Below are positions 1 to 14,770 of a DNA stretch of 64,000 nucleotides, one piece after another (position 1 is the stretch's first letter; each line of letters begins with the position of its first letter). A program made the translations under genes and the position numbers. The notes under the pieces were generated by a model. That model had not been told where the DNA came from. It saw nothing but the letters and a program-made list of their open reading frames with translations, and ran no database searches. Source of the stretch: Tubiluchus corallicola (lineage: Eukaryota > Animalia > Priapulida). Location: the NCBI GenBank assembly GCA_030141605.1, contig JAQGDQ010000708.1:45108-109107 (forward strand), in the 5' to 3' direction.

Positions 1-38
1 ACCTAGTGCAATTTTCTCATTCATTCTTTTCCTTTCAG

Positions 39-132
39 GTTTACGTACAGGAACAACCATGTATTGTTAGTGGGCTCTGAATCTCCATTCTACTACCAAC
101 CAAACGTGACAATGAAGGCACAACAATTGTAG
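39..132 (+). CDS. Probable 3'-terminal coding exon of an upstream gene (FTYRNNHVLLVGSESPFYYQPNVTMKAQQL*); product unknown
   Basis: Strong polypyrimidine tract plus acceptor (ttttctcattcattcttttcctttcAG, AG at 37-38). The frame is open from 40 to TAG at 130-132, with AATAAA at 146-151 and further copies downstream. Confidence 0.5.
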
Positions 133-556
133 CATTAGCAGTAGGAATAAATGACCGTCGAGTAGCCTGGCTGCCCGATAGGTCGGGAATTATGCAACTC
201 GTTGTGACGCTCACAAAAAATTACAGAATAATATCAAACAAACGTAAATAAAAAATGTTTTTGCTACTTTATATCATGAAAATAAATCTGTTTTTACCTT
301 TTGCATTGTGAAATGACATTAAATATTCTAATGTTCATTACTAGATCAAAGGCAAAAACATTGCAGTGACAGTCTAGTAAATTATGTCAATTTCTCAAAC
401 TAACATCAACCTGATCAGATATCGTTTCGTTTTAATAAATTTTACAGTAATTGATTTTTGTTTTCGATTTTGCTTGCTGGCTACATAGTTTTAATAACAC
501 AATAATACCTGTGATGCATCTAGATGTGGTGTATCTAAAGAAAGCTTAAATTCTAT

Positions 557-667
557 GTGCTTGTCACGTGATAAAGGCATGCTTGTCACGTGATATATAC
601 ATGCTTGTCACGTGATATAGGTATGCTTGTCGCGTGATATAGGCGTTCTTGTCACGTGATATAGGCA
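557..667. repeat. ~22-bp minisatellite (gcttgtcacgtgatataggcat), ~5 copies
   Basis: Direct tandem copies; most contain the palindrome TCACGTGA. Confidence 0.85.
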
Positions 668-1541
668 AAGCGTTTTCCTGGTTTTCCTGTTTCAAATTTT
701 CAACTGTAACGTCATTTTTCTTGTGTAGCAAAATACAGAGAAGAGTTATGTAATTATTGTAAAGGAATTGGGTTATGAAAATATTTTGTTGGCATTGGGA
801 ATTGAACTCGAGACTTTTTGCTTAATGTACTTCAAATAGATCTATATGAGCTAGATGAGCAAATTTTGATCGTTTTGCTATGTAATTGGCTGTGAGTTAA
901 AACTTGTCTTGGACTTCTAATTTGTTTATAGATCTGAATCAAAACTGTTGATTATTTGTGTTTTTTAATGCAAAAGTTGGGTAGTTAGTTTGTACAAATC
1001 AGAATAAAGAATGTAAATATGTTAAATAATATGATAGTACTGTACTGTGTGATATATAACTTATTTGTATATCTTGAGTTGGCTTATCTTATCAGGTGTT
1101 AATAGACTGTTTTTTAATAATGGTGTGTAGATGTTTTGTTAGTAGTATGTCAATGCGTTTGCTAAACCGCTCGAGCCAAAATTCTCAAAAATGCTAAAAA
1201 AATCTTTTGGAATCTTTTAATTTATGTTTTTAAACTAACGTAACTTTCATTAGTATCAAAAATTTGCAGTTTAAATCTGGCGACTGTTAAACTTATCTGC
1301 ATCGGCAACTATAGGAGATTTCCCATACTGCTGTAATGCTAGTCATTTTATGCCAAAGACTTTGACCAGTAAACCACACTGTTTCTTTGTGCATGTGCAA
1401 ATAACATTGCACATTTGAGCTTACTGTGTAATCCTGTGTACTGTAAGAGACATACAGTAATTTATGTTTTAAGTATTAAAATTTATGTTGTTACAGTAAT
1501 AAGATAAGAGTTCTTATTGAATATATGATCATGTGTAATGA

Positions 1542-2101
1542 TTAAAGGAAGACCGGATGATTGTGTAAGCACGAGTTCAGAATAAATAATGTTCTAAAAT
1601 ATTGAAAACTACAATAGCTTATTTTAAATCAAAGCTCAGATTAAATAATAATTACCTCGGATACTCAAATTTCGTTATTAAACTTTCAAAGCTACGCGCG
1701 GCTCAGTGAATCTACTAAGATTGGCAGCGGCGCGTTTTTGTCGCGTGCGCGTGGCCGACAAATAGAAGGCGGCACCGTGATAAGCATGATCATGAAATGC
1801 TGTGTTCGTTTCATGACGTCATATGATGTAGAGCCCATTTTCGTGACATCGTGCGTTTAAGCAGTACTGATACGTTTATGCAAATGTGCTTGACGCGCAA
1901 GGAAAGACGCCTGCCATTGCACAAACTGTGGTTAGTTTCTGACGTAAGCGATAGCTGTGTTAGGTTGCCGTTAATTAATTTTCTAAGCTAATTATTCAAA
2001 TATAAGGAACAATTGCTAACTTTTATAGGCAAGAAAATGTTAATTTTGGACAGTAAATTGAAATGAGATTGAGTCTAAACAATCATCCGGTCTTCCTTTA
2101 A
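1542..2101. mobile_element. Non-autonomous TIR DNA transposon, family A (Kolobok-like), complete copy
   Basis: Perfect 19-bp TIR AGGAAGACCGGATGATTGT...ACAATCATCCGGTCTTCCT flanked by TTAA on both sides (1542-1545, 2098-2101). Related copies occur at ~35.6-36.06 kb and ~57.9-58.13 kb. Confidence 0.85.
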
Positions 2102-2680
2102 TGCAATTTTCTTTCATTGGTGAAAATCAGAATTGTAGCGTGTCTCAGGTGTAGACATTGTTCCAGCTGTGTAAACTTTGACCAAAGAAATAACTTTTCT
2201 GGAATATTCCTACGTTTGGCAGGGAAAAGGGTGTGAAAAGCTTTTCTAAAATAATAAAACATATTCGTCTGAAAATTGCGCCTGTTTTTGTTTGAGTTTC
2301 TAAGAAAATTCATAATATTCCAGAGAATTTTTGGAATGTCCGGTTTAAAAGCTGCCAGTGACGTCTGGTGTACATCACACAAACGTACGTAACCGGAAGT
2401 ACTTGACGCGCGTAACCGGAAGTACTTGACTGTTGCCCTTTAGGAATAGTTATGGTTAACATTATCGTAAAACAATTTTAAAAACTTTTTAAGTGAGAAT
2501 GATTTTGCAGTTTTTATTTCACACTTAGTTTTTATTGGCTGGACGTGTACTTCCCCCCCCCCCCAGTTGCCTTCCCTAAATTTAAGTAAAGGAAGCGCTT
2601 TTTCACAAACTTCCTGTAAACAACGAAGCTGTAGTATGTTAAACATTATTGCATTTTATCCATAATTTCAATTTGATTTG

Positions 2681-2850
2681 TTAACCCTTTCACACCCGTT
2701 CTATCCCGTGGGATACATGCTATATTTAGCACGCGGGCACAGGTAGAAAAAATAATTATGATGTGTAAACAAGATGGACATACTGAACAAAAGTACCATG
2801 CCAAAAAAAATTTTCTTATTAAAAAAATAATTTGGGACTGAAAGGGTTAA
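2681..2850. mobile_element. piggyBac-like MITE, short internally deleted copy
   Basis: TTAA-CCCTTTCA...TGAAAGGG-TTAA termini; homologous to the inverted longer copy at 62117-62581. Confidence 0.8.
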
Positions 2851-3419
2851 TAGTGTGCAATGGTGATGAAAGAGGTTTTAAAACTGAACTTACTTGGCTT
2901 CTTTACTCGCCTTTGGGAAATTTCTCGCAAAAGTTTGCAAGTGACTGTTAGCACCTGCCATTCTTTGTCTAAACGATAACAAGTCACTTTTTTGGCTTCA
3001 CAATCCTGATGTCACGTGACTAACGTTATTATGATGTCACGCCAAGTAATCTGCTTTTTGGTTTTCATTCATAAACCTAATATTTGAACAAACTGTTATC
3101 AGTAGTTGACAGTTACGCGTGCTTTAAAGCTGCGTCCTCTTTAATAAGTGTGGCTGTTTGCTTACAGATGGCGGTATATGCATATTTGCGGAAACGTTAC
3201 AGCTTCATTGCTTTCATTATTAAATCGCGCCCGGGCAATTGCTTGACAAAAAAAAACGTTAGGGCTAACATGATAAAATAAGACTTGGGTTTTTCACGGT
3301 TCATCAAGTTAGAAGCTAGAATTCAGCACTCAGTCGTACAGTATACTCAATGTAGATAAGTGTGGTGGGATCGGAACCTAGCTAATTGTCAAGGATAGTC
3401 CTCTAACATGAAACAGTTC

Positions 3420-3810
<391 letters not shown>

Positions 3811-4588
3811 TGAACTAGCAGAAGTGTCTCGCCTACATTGGAACGTGGACACGTCCTCCTTCGCACATGTAATATGGTTAGTATAGTGAACGAAACTGCT
3901 CCGAACGAGTATTAACCTATTGGTCGTCCATCTATTCACTTTCCAGGCTCGGTGTTGCTTAACTAGAGAACTTTTTGTTAAAGAGATGCCACATCTCGAC
4001 GATTCGTTGTTCCATAAAGGCATTAAATTTCACACTTGTGCTGGTGACATTATTCGCGTAATCCAATCATCTTAGTGACATTAAATCAAAACCTCGCCTG
4101 ATCACGTGACGTCAGCCATTTTTGCCTCCGGGCTCCGCCTTTAATTTGATTTAATTATCGCTTGGTAATTTGTGCGCAGAGTCGATCCACAGCTAGGAAA
4201 AATGAAACGGTGACGTTCTGTTTGCACGTGGCATGAAGATTATTTCTATAAACAAAACACGTAGGCGTACTTGATGGAAGGTTCACAAGTACAAGGAACT
4301 TACCATGAAAATTTTCTAAGCTGTTCTAGTTTGAGGAGGAGGGAGGGGGCAATCATCTCTCTCAACACCCCTGTAATGGTAACTGCAATAGTATATAAAT
4401 GCCAGAAGACCAAATTATAGTAATTTTTACTAAAAAGTCACTAACAAAACACAAGCCAAAAGTTTCCATTTTCACACTGAGCAAACATGCAAATACTTTC
4501 ACGATGCATTTTCCAACGTTTCTGAAGTTCAAAAGAAATAAAGGTGACAGTTTTCCTTTTGTAAACATGTTTATCAAAATTGTTATAT

Positions 4589-5226
4589 CACACTGTAATG
4601 TTGTCTTTCACATACTGCTGTTCACACCGTAATGTTGTCTTTCGCATACTGCTGTTCACACCGTAATGTTGTCTTTCGCACACTGTTGTTCACACTGTAA
4701 TGTTGTCTTTCACATACTGCTGTTCACACTGTAATGTTGTCTTTAACACACTGCTGTTCACACTGTACTGTTGTCTTTCACATACTGCTGTTCACATTGT
4801 AATGTTGTCTTTCACATACTGCTGTTCACACTGTAATGTTGTCTTTCACATGCTACTGTTCACACTGTAATGTTGCCTTTCTCATACTGCTGTTCACACT
4901 GTAATGTTGCCTTTCACATACTGCTGTTCACACTGTAATGTTGTCTTTCACATACTGCTGTTCACACTGTAATGTTGTCTTTCACATACTGCTGTTCACA
5001 CTCTAATGTTGTCTTTCTCATACTGCTGTTCACACTGTAATGTTGTCTTTCACATACTGCTGTTCACACTGTAATGTTGTCTTTCACATACTGCTGTTCA
5101 CACTGTAATGTTGTCTTTCACATACCGCTGTTCACACTGTAATGTTGTCTTTCACATACTGCTGTTCACACTGTAATGTTGTCTTTCACATACTGCTGTT
5201 CACACTGTTATGTTGCCTTTCACATA
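4589..5226. repeat. 34-bp minisatellite (cacactgtaatgttgtctttcacatactgctgtt), ~19 copies
   Basis: Tandem near-identical units without spacers. Confidence 0.95.
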
Positions 5227-5496
5227 GTAATTTCATATATATCTTTCATATTTTAATTCAGAATTTACATATCCACGGTCATATTAATTAAATCATAGTT
5301 TTTTTCATTTTTTGTGCATAGTTGTAAATATGTTTGATTTTATTCGTCGTTACTTTCCATTACTGCACAGTAGTTTAGATTGCACTGACGCATTTGCCTT
5401 TAGCAGTGTAAGTTTTTATTAACTAACACTGATTGATCATCTCTGTAAAGTTTTTATCTGTGATTATCAATGTATTTTAATGGCAAATAAAGATAT

Positions 5497-5528
<32 letters not shown>

Positions 5529-5819
5529 CTATCGTTGCCTTAAAAGGATGTGAATATTACAGTGTATTACATATAACTGTGGTAACACACGTATACGGCT
5601 AAACTACTACTTGTTATCTACATGAGACTGGAACTACTGTACATATTAGCAGCCTGTATATGCAATACCAAAAGACGTTGGCGAATGGGCAACCACATAA
5701 TTGTATTTATAAAGTAGTACTGTAGATTTAATTTTTACTGCAAGCTGTTGCCACAAAGGAATGTGAACAAGATAAAGAAGGAATTGATTTGCGAACAAAA
5801 AAGCTCTTTACCTCAGCTC

Positions 5820-6213
5820 TAGAAAAGAAAATGATTATTATTTAAAATATTTTCACTAATTGGTAAAATGTCGCAGACTCCAGGGTGCACCGCTCACTAA
5901 CCAAAAAACGTATTTTTAATCTTATTGACAAGATACAGTAATTTTAAATTTTATTTAGTTAGTGATTTGTGCGCTACGAATGCTCTGATTATTTTTTCAA
6001 ACTTTACAAAATGTTATCTAAACTTGTTTCAAATGACCTGTCGTCAAAATCGCTGCGCGCAATGGTCATCGCGGGAGTTTAAATTTACATGTTTTACATA
6101 GTGTTACTGCCGATTGAAGTCCTGTATGCAAAAAGGCTGTACGTAAGTGATATAAAATTTCAAAACGAATTTTTTAAAGCTTTATGTTTATAAAGGATTT
6201 TCTTGTGCTTTAA
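5820..6213 (+). mobile_element. Family B Kolobok-like non-autonomous transposon, partial copy
   Basis: Shares e.g. GCTACGAATGCTCTGATTATTTTTTCAAACTTTAC with copies at 38.0, 39.2, 49.4 and 53.1 kb; ends TTCTTGTGCT-TTAA. Confidence 0.8.
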
Positions 6214-7259
6214 GAAAGGGTCACGTAAGTTTGCAAAATCTCTTCTCTTTTCATTTACATCTGGTTTAGTTGTCATTGATTTGGTAGAAACTTAATATAA
6301 TTAACTATCTGCGAGGATAAACCTATCCTACACAATGTAAACATTTGCCTTGTGCTTCGTATTGCGTTTTACCTGCATGAATGGGCTTCCCCTGTCACGA
6401 GGAAGGAAGCATTATTTTATGTAAATGAACAGAATGGAGAAAATAACGTTTCACGCACTCGTGAGCAGACACTAATTCGTGTTGATGGTTTAGAGATGGT
6501 TTTTATTCTGCTGCCTCATCAGCTGCTGAACTGATTCCAAGAAGTATGACATCATGGAAGACAGCAAGGGGAGTGTGCATGTCAAATGTTAAAGCGAAAT
6601 TGGAATCCAAGACTGGAAAAATTTCCTGGAAATAAGTCTGGAGTGTGGTAATCGTTGATGGTAAACTTTAAGACAATAGGGAAGTCAAAAGTACGAAAAC
6701 TTCTGGGAAATGAACGTACAATATTTAAACATTAAAATATTATTTGGGTCTACCACTAAACCACTATTTGGATCTAACATTAGATTATTCCATTAAGCAC
6801 CCAATAAGCCTGTCCAGAGTTTCGTTCTGCGCACGCGCAGTTGGGGTGGATCAAAGATAAGTGCACCACAGCAACGGGTCTTAACTACCGCCCTCACGTG
6901 ACATGTGGGTAAAGCAAAGCCGTCTGCCACACCAGTTCAGTAACTTCAGTTTACGTGGACTTCACCTAATTGCGCATTAGTCTTTACGAAGAATGATTTG
7001 CTAGCAGGATCTTGTTTGGGAAGAAGAAAAAATGAACTAGGTAAGGTTCTAGCTAGCTGTTAAAACTGTTACTATTACAACACCATGGGCTACGAGGCTT
7101 TGTCAGAGTACACAAATGCGTTTTAGGTACACTTAACCTTTGACATTTCCACGATCATCATCAATCGCTGGAGCTGTGAAAAGGCTTATTAGATCTGCTT
7201 AGAACAATACAGAAGGCAAACACCAAACAAATTTGTCAGAACTATGTTTACAATATGGG

Positions 7260-7600
7260 CATTATTGAAATGACGTTGGAGTCAAAAAGGGGAGTGGAGC
7301 CCCGAAGACGGACCAGTGCAGCATGCTCATTGACTCGGGCAGCTCCTGCAGCCAACCTGGTGCCAAACGTATCGCTCCGCTTTCCTTTGTACTACACCAG
7401 GGGGGAAGAGAGGGGGTTCCTGTTGTCTGGGCAACTCAGGATCTCCATACACCTTGCCCAGGCGTGCGCCCTGGAGACGTTCAAGGATCGGACTGCTCAG
7501 TCACAATCGAAGCTGCAGCTCCATCAATGTGATCAATAACTGACTCTCTTGCCGCACACTCCATTGTCTTCCGAGACGGAAGGATGCCAACAACAATAAC
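7260..7600 (+). mobile_element. Probable retroposon with RTE/BovB-like 3' end and short (CAA)n tail
   Basis: GC-richer segment ending CACACTCCATTGTCTTCCGAGACGGAAGGATGCCAACAACAA, which resembles RTE-clade 3' termini as I recall them. The 5' boundary is uncertain. Confidence 0.45.
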
Positions 7601-8016
7601 AAAAAAGGATATCAGCAACGTTAACATAAATCGTAATGTTGTAAAAATTGGAACAATACTACTGTGAAATATTAAGAAGAAAATTGTTGGAACAGAGCCA
7701 AAGGTGCGTAAAACATCAGAACAACTTTGCCTCAAGTACTTAAAGAAAGAAAAATTTGGAATATAGCCTTCCGTTGTGAGCAAAGTTTGAGGAATGTGGA
7801 TCCTCAATGCAGCAATTAGATAAACTTGGCGTTGAACAATAAAACAGCATTGGAATACCAACTGAGCCTTTGAAATAACTTTGGAGTAAAATGTGGGAAA
7901 GTGTTGAACTCTTTACCTTTGCGGCGTTACGGTAGTAGAACTTATAGAGTCAGTTTGCTGTCACTACGAAACAGTTCTGCCTACAAAATCGCCAATAGTG
8001 GGACAACATTTCGAGG

Positions 8017-8745
8017 AGTACTATAGTAGTAGTAGTACCTTAGTAGTAATAGTCTATAGTAGCAGCAGTAGTAGTAGTACCTTAGTAGTATCAGTACTAT
8101 AGTATTAGTAGTACCTTAGTAGTATTAGTAACATCGTAGTAGTAGTAGTACCGTACTAGTACTGGTACTATAGTAGTAATAGTAGTAGTAGTACCTTAGT
8201 AGTATTAGTACTATAGTAGTAGTAGCTTAGTAGTGCTAATGCTATAGTAGTAGTTGTTGTACCTTAGTAGTATTAGTTCTATAGTGGTAGTATCTTAGTA
8301 GTATTAGTACTATTGCAGTATTAGTACTATAGTATTAGTAGCTTAGTTGTACTAATGCTATAGTAGTAGTACATTAGTAGTATTAGTACTATAGTAGTAG
8401 TAGCTTAGTAGTACTAATACTATTGTAGTAGTACATTAGTAGTAGTAGTAGCTTAGTAGTACTAATACTATAGTAGTAGTTAATTGGTAGTATTAGTACT
8501 ATAGTATTAGTAGCTTAGTAGTACTAATACTATAGTAGTAGTACATTAGTAGTATTAGTACTATAGTGTTAGTAGCTTAGTAGTTCTAATACTATTGTAG
8601 CAGTACATTAGTAGTATTAGCGCTATAGTGTTAGTAGCTTAGTAGTACTAATACTACAGTAGTAGTACGTTAGTAGTATTAGTACTATAGTAGTAGTAGC
8701 TTAGTAGTACTAATACTATAGTAGTAGTATATTAGTAGTATTGGT
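8017..8745. repeat. Degenerate (AGT)n-derived complex satellite
   Basis: Repeating tagtagtattagtactatagtagtagtagcttag-type units. Confidence 0.9.
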
Positions 8746-9714
8746 AAGTGACAACTAACAGTGGGGGAACATGCAGTTGAAAACTAACAGAAATTTTGAT
8801 GGAAGTTAGGTATACAAAACTAGATGCAAACACCACAAATATGTGGTAAATGTGGTAAATACTAAAAGTAGATTGGGATAAAACTAAAATGGACTTTGCC
8901 AAATGTTGCTGCCATTAGTATGGTCAATTTGCAGACTTATCCCAACAAATCGCAAGAAAGGGTCTTGCAGTATTTGGTCCAGAGAATAACATGTCCAAAT
9001 TAGGCCGAAATTTGAACACCGCAAAAGGCCTAATCATGACGTCAAAAAAGATGGCCGCCATTTGACCATTATGAATGGGTATTTAGTCTACAGGAATAAT
9101 GAAAAAAAAATGCTCATTTTGATTCAAAAGCATGAAACTTTACACAGTGCTGCAGCTTGTAAAGATGATTAATTTTGATTGTGGAGTCAATCGAAATTCG
9201 TGCAATATGGCCACAATTTTGAAGATGGCTGACAATATGACTGTTGCTAGCTTATAAAGGCTATCAGAGGATACAAGATGATGATTTTGATGCGTAAATA
9301 TAGGTTTTCAAGATCAGGGAAGACATCTGATGCTGAAGTGCCCCTATGATATCACCCCATTTCAAAATGTTGAAATATTGGCTCTACTAATATTGACAAA
9401 AATTTCACCTCCTACGAAAATTTTACTTCCCACGAATTTCGCAGACGTCTTTCCACAAGAAAGACTACGGTCAATTAAAGCAAATTTCAATTAAATATAA
9501 TGAAACGATACTAACCTTTAAACGCAATCATATAAACAATTTCATTGCGCTTAATTTAATTTTCACATGAAAAACGTGGCTTCCATGTAGATCCTGTTAC
9601 ACATTTGTGAGCAACATGTAATTGAATCACGAATCCAAGCTTTATAGTTTGCAATGCTTACAACTTACTGACTTTATGAACAAGTTTCAATGCAGCAAAA
9701 CGTTGAAATATATT

Positions 9715-10530
<816 letters not shown>

Positions 10531-11143
10531 TAGTTGTCAAATTGATTTGTATGGAAAATTTACCACTATGCCAAAGAATGTTGAAAGTAATTTCATTGAA
10601 CAGAAACACGATTTTTCGAGTAAGCACGCCCGTTCTTCAAATGTTTGCAATTATCGTATATTTCTAGAGAATAAAACTTCATTTAACCAAATTCAAGCTA
10701 CGGATGTTAAAATTTCTAAAATTAAAACACTCAACGAAACTAATATTTGTAATTTTTCGATTTTGTATGTTAAAACGTATCAAAACATAAGTTACTTGCT
10801 AGAGGAATATATTTTTACATTATAATTCTTTATTAAAAATTTAAATTATACACATATACAAATATTTACATAAAATACATACAATGACCCTCTCTTTGCA
10901 GGGTATGGTTACAAAAACTTTGTAAATAAAATAGCTGTTATATTCGTAAGATTTTTATATACCAATAAATCACGGATTTCGTAGCTCAAAATAATATAAA
11001 AGAACAACTAAAATCAAATAGCATCAGTTTACACAAATCGACCTGTATAATATAAAAGTGACTAGAAACAGAAAAAAATAGATGTCTACAGATTTGTTCT
11101 GTTACGCAAAGTTCAATATTTTATACTAAAGTTTGTAAAAACG

Positions 11144-12509
11144 AATCACAAACTAACTCAGTGAAAGCATCTAGCAGATGATCACAAACTAACTCAGTGA
11201 AAGCATCTAGCAGATGATCACAAACTAACTCAGTGAAAGCATCTAGCAGATGATCACAAACTAACTCAGTGAAAGCATCTAGCAGATGATCACAAACTAA
11301 CTCAGTGAAAGCATCTAGCAGATGATTTCAAACTAACTCAGTGAAAGCACCTAGCAGATGATCACAAACTAACTCAGTGAAAGCATCCTAGCAGACGATC
11401 ACAAACTAACTCAGTGAAAGCATCTAGCAGACGATCACAAACTAACTCAGTGAAAGCATCTCGCAGACGATCACAAACTAACTCAGTGAAAGCATCTAGC
11501 AGACGATCACAAACTAACTCAGTGAACGCATCTAGCAGACGATCACAAACTAACTCAGTGAAAGCATCTAGCAGACGATCACAAACTAACTCAGTGAAAG
11601 CATCTAGCAGATGATCACAAACTAACTCAGTGAAAGCATCTAGCAGACGATCACAAACTAACTCAGTGAAAGCATCTAGCAGACGATCACAAACTAACTC
11701 AGTGAAAGCATCTAGCAGACGATCACAAACTAACTCAGTGAAAGCATCTAGCAGACGATCACAAACTAACTCAGTGAAAGCATCTAGCAGACGATCACAA
11801 ACTAACTCAGTGAAAGCATCTAGCAGACGATCACAAACTAACTCAGTGAAAGCATCTAGCAGACGATCACAAACTAACTCAGTGAAAGCATCTAGCAGAC
11901 GATCACAAACTAACTCAGTGAAAGCATCTAGCAGACGATCACAAACTAACTCAGTGAAAGCATCTAGCAGACGATCACAAACTAACTTAGCGAAAGCATC
12001 TAGCAGACGATCACAAACTAACTCAGTGAAAGCATCTAGCAGACGATCACAAACTAACTCAGTGAAAGCATCTAGCAGACGATCACAAACTAACTCAGTG
12101 AAAGCATCTAGCAGACGATCACAAACTAACTCAGTGAAAGCATCTAGCAGACGATCACAAACTAACTCAGTGAAAGCATCTAGCAGACGATCACAAACTA
12201 ACTCAGTGAAAGCATCTAGCAGACGATCACAAACTAACTCAGTGAAAGCATCTAGCAGACGATCACAAACTAACTCAGTGAAAGCATCTAGCAGATGATC
12301 ACAAACTAACTCATTGAAAGCATCTAGCAGATGATCACAAACTAACTCAGTGAAAGCATCTAGCAGACGATCACAAACTAACTCAGTGAAAGCATCTAGC
12401 AGATGATCACAAACTAACTCATTGAAAGCATCTAGCAGATGATCACAAACTAACTCATTGAAAGCATCTAGCAGATGATCACAAACTAACTCCGTGAAAG
12501 CATCTAGCA
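11144..12509. repeat. 36-bp minisatellite (atcacaaactaactcagtgaaagcatctagcagacg), ~38 copies
   Basis: Highly homogeneous tandem units; explains the 456-aa and 222-aa repetitive ORFs. Confidence 0.97.
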
Positions 12510-13109
12510 GGTTTTTGTCACGAGTGTTATAAATTTTACTAATGTTCTGAGATTGTGGGATATTTGCAGGTGCTAATCTTTTATATTTATCGACCAGAGT
12601 GCAATTAAAAAGCAAATGTTCAACTGTTTGTGCTTCCTCTGTATATATGCAGAGAGAAATATAAGCCAAGCAAAATTTTAAAAAAAAGATGTATATTTTG
12701 AAATATTTAATTTTCGGAATTCGACATCTAACATCAAATATCATTTACTTATTAAACGGTGATTTAGCAAAAAATAAAAAATAAATTTTAGGTTTAAAAA
12801 TTATTTCAAAACAAAATTGAAAAAAATGCGCTTATTCGACAACATAAAAACCTGAAAGGCCCAAGAAAATCTTGACGGTTAGGTCAATAATTATGCAAAT
12901 GGGCAAATGTGCTACACATTAGACCGAGTACCGTAATGAGTACCAAATGAGTAACATGAGTATCACTTGAGTACCACACCAGTTACTGTTTACGACTAAC
13001 CCAGTAAAATATTGTAACGTAGAACGGGTGATGTCAATTCTCTCCGTCATAGTTGTGCATAAAACGTAAAAAACAGAAATGAAAGTGAAATTAAGGAACT
13101 CGTCAAATG

Positions 13110-13340
13110 TCTAATCAATTGCGCTCCATGCTGGTTATCATTACGGAGCAGGTGCTGAAGTGAAAACCATGAACCTGCCTGTCAGCCAGCTGAACCGACG
13201 AGGCCGTTCCTAAGCGACGGTTTTATACCTGGTGTGCAATGCCACTATGCAATGGCTTCGTGTGGACGAGACCCTTTCAATGTAGAGGGGTGGGTGGAAA
13301 ACAAATGGCGTTTCACCCCACGTAACAATATTTTAAACCC
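13110..13340 (+). mobile_element. Dispersed repeat family E (unclassified)
   Basis: Similar to 33170-33400 (CCGACGAGGCCGTTCC..GCGACGGTTTTA..CACTATGCAATGGCTTCG..AATGTAGAGGGGTGGGTGGAAAA); weaker relatives near 37.1 kb and, inverted, 29.0 kb. Confidence 0.65.
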
Positions 13341-13412
13341 GATGGAATGGTGGGTGCGACTTTAGAATAACTTTGAATGAAACAAAAACTACGTATCCTA
13401 AGTACAGACCTA

Positions 13413-13431
13413 TTCTCTCTCTCTCTCTCTC

Positions 13432-13462
<31 letters not shown>

Positions 13463-13501
13463 CTCTCTCTCTCTCCGTCTGTCTGTCTGTCTGTCTGTCT
13501 G

Positions 13502-13546
<45 letters not shown>

Positions 13547-13680
13547 GTCTGTCTGTCTGTCTGCCTGTCTGTGTGTCTGTCGGTCGGTAGGTTTGTTTGT
13601 TTGTTGGTTAGTTGGTTTGTTTTGTTATTTGTCTGGTTGATTGGTTGGTCGGTCGGTTTTTTACTGATTGGTTAATTGGT
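13413..13680. repeat. (CT)n/(CTGT)n/(TTGG)n compound microsatellite
   Basis: Direct observation. Confidence 0.9.
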
Positions 13681-14284
13681 TAACTGTTCACTTGGTTTGT
13701 CGGTCGGTTGCTTGCTTACATGTTAATTAGTTAGTGAGTTACAGCCACATAAAGGTTCGCTCATATGCCTTAACGCTTAATAACTGTTCACATAGCAGAG
13801 TGAGCGCTAACAGTGGGTGGTGGAATCAAGGTCAAAGGTCAAGGTCAAGGCGAACAAAACTATGTCAGCTCAATAGGTGTAAACTCTCTGGCGGGTAGCA
13901 TAGGTTTCATGGGTCGGCTCTAGGGTTTCATGGGGCGGCGCTAGGTGCAGGATGCATATTGGCAAAGCTGTCAGCAAGACGTGAAGGTATTAAAATTCTC
14001 CTGACGCCACGCAGCTGTGCAGAATGCGAGACTGATTTCGTTCACGAATCCGGGAATTCACAAAGATCCCTTCTTAACTTTAACCTACTCTCTTCAAATC
14101 CCAGGAGAAACTTTTTCTATGAAAACTGCTGGCTGCTTAAAAGCAAAGCGTCTGTGTCGAGTCGCAAGGTTAGGAATTAAATCTAGAAGCAGTTTATGAG
14201 TAAGGCCACTTCTAATGGGCAGAATGGATTTTGAAATGTGTATGTAGGCTGAACTGTTGCTTAAGCAATTAAATGCTATAATTT

Positions 14285-14443
14285 TGAGAGAGAGGAAAAG
14301 AAAGCGAGGAAGCAGATAGAGAGAGAAAGAGAGAAAGAGAAAGAGAGAGAGAGTGGAAGAGAGATAAAGAGAGAAAGAGAGAGAGAGAGAAAGAAAAAGA
14401 GAGAGAGAGAGAGAGAAAGAAAGAAAGAGAAAAAAAGAGAAAA

Positions 14444-14501
<58 letters not shown>

Positions 14502-14565
14502 AGAGATATAAACAGAGAAAGTGAGAGAGAAAGAGAGAGAGAGAGAGAGAAAGAGATAGAGAGAG

Positions 14566-14620
<55 letters not shown>

Positions 14621-14770
14621 GACAGAGAGAGAAAGAAAGAGAAAAGGAGAGAGAGGAAAAAGGCAAAGAGAGAGAAAGAAAGAGAAAGAGATAGAGAGAG
14701 TGGAAGAGAGAAAGAGATTGAGAGAGTGGAAGAGAGAGAGACTGACAGAGAACTAAAGAAAGAAAACGAG
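14285..14770. repeat. (GA)n-rich polypurine tract
   Basis: Direct observation. Confidence 0.95.

Noticed and set aside
11374-12744. 456-aa ORF of LLDAFTELVCDR repeats
   Set aside because: It is the translation of a near-identical 36-bp minisatellite with no synonymous divergence. The short unique N-terminus (EEAQTVEHLLFNC) resembles the decayed C-terminal end of a LINE ORF2 rather than a host gene.
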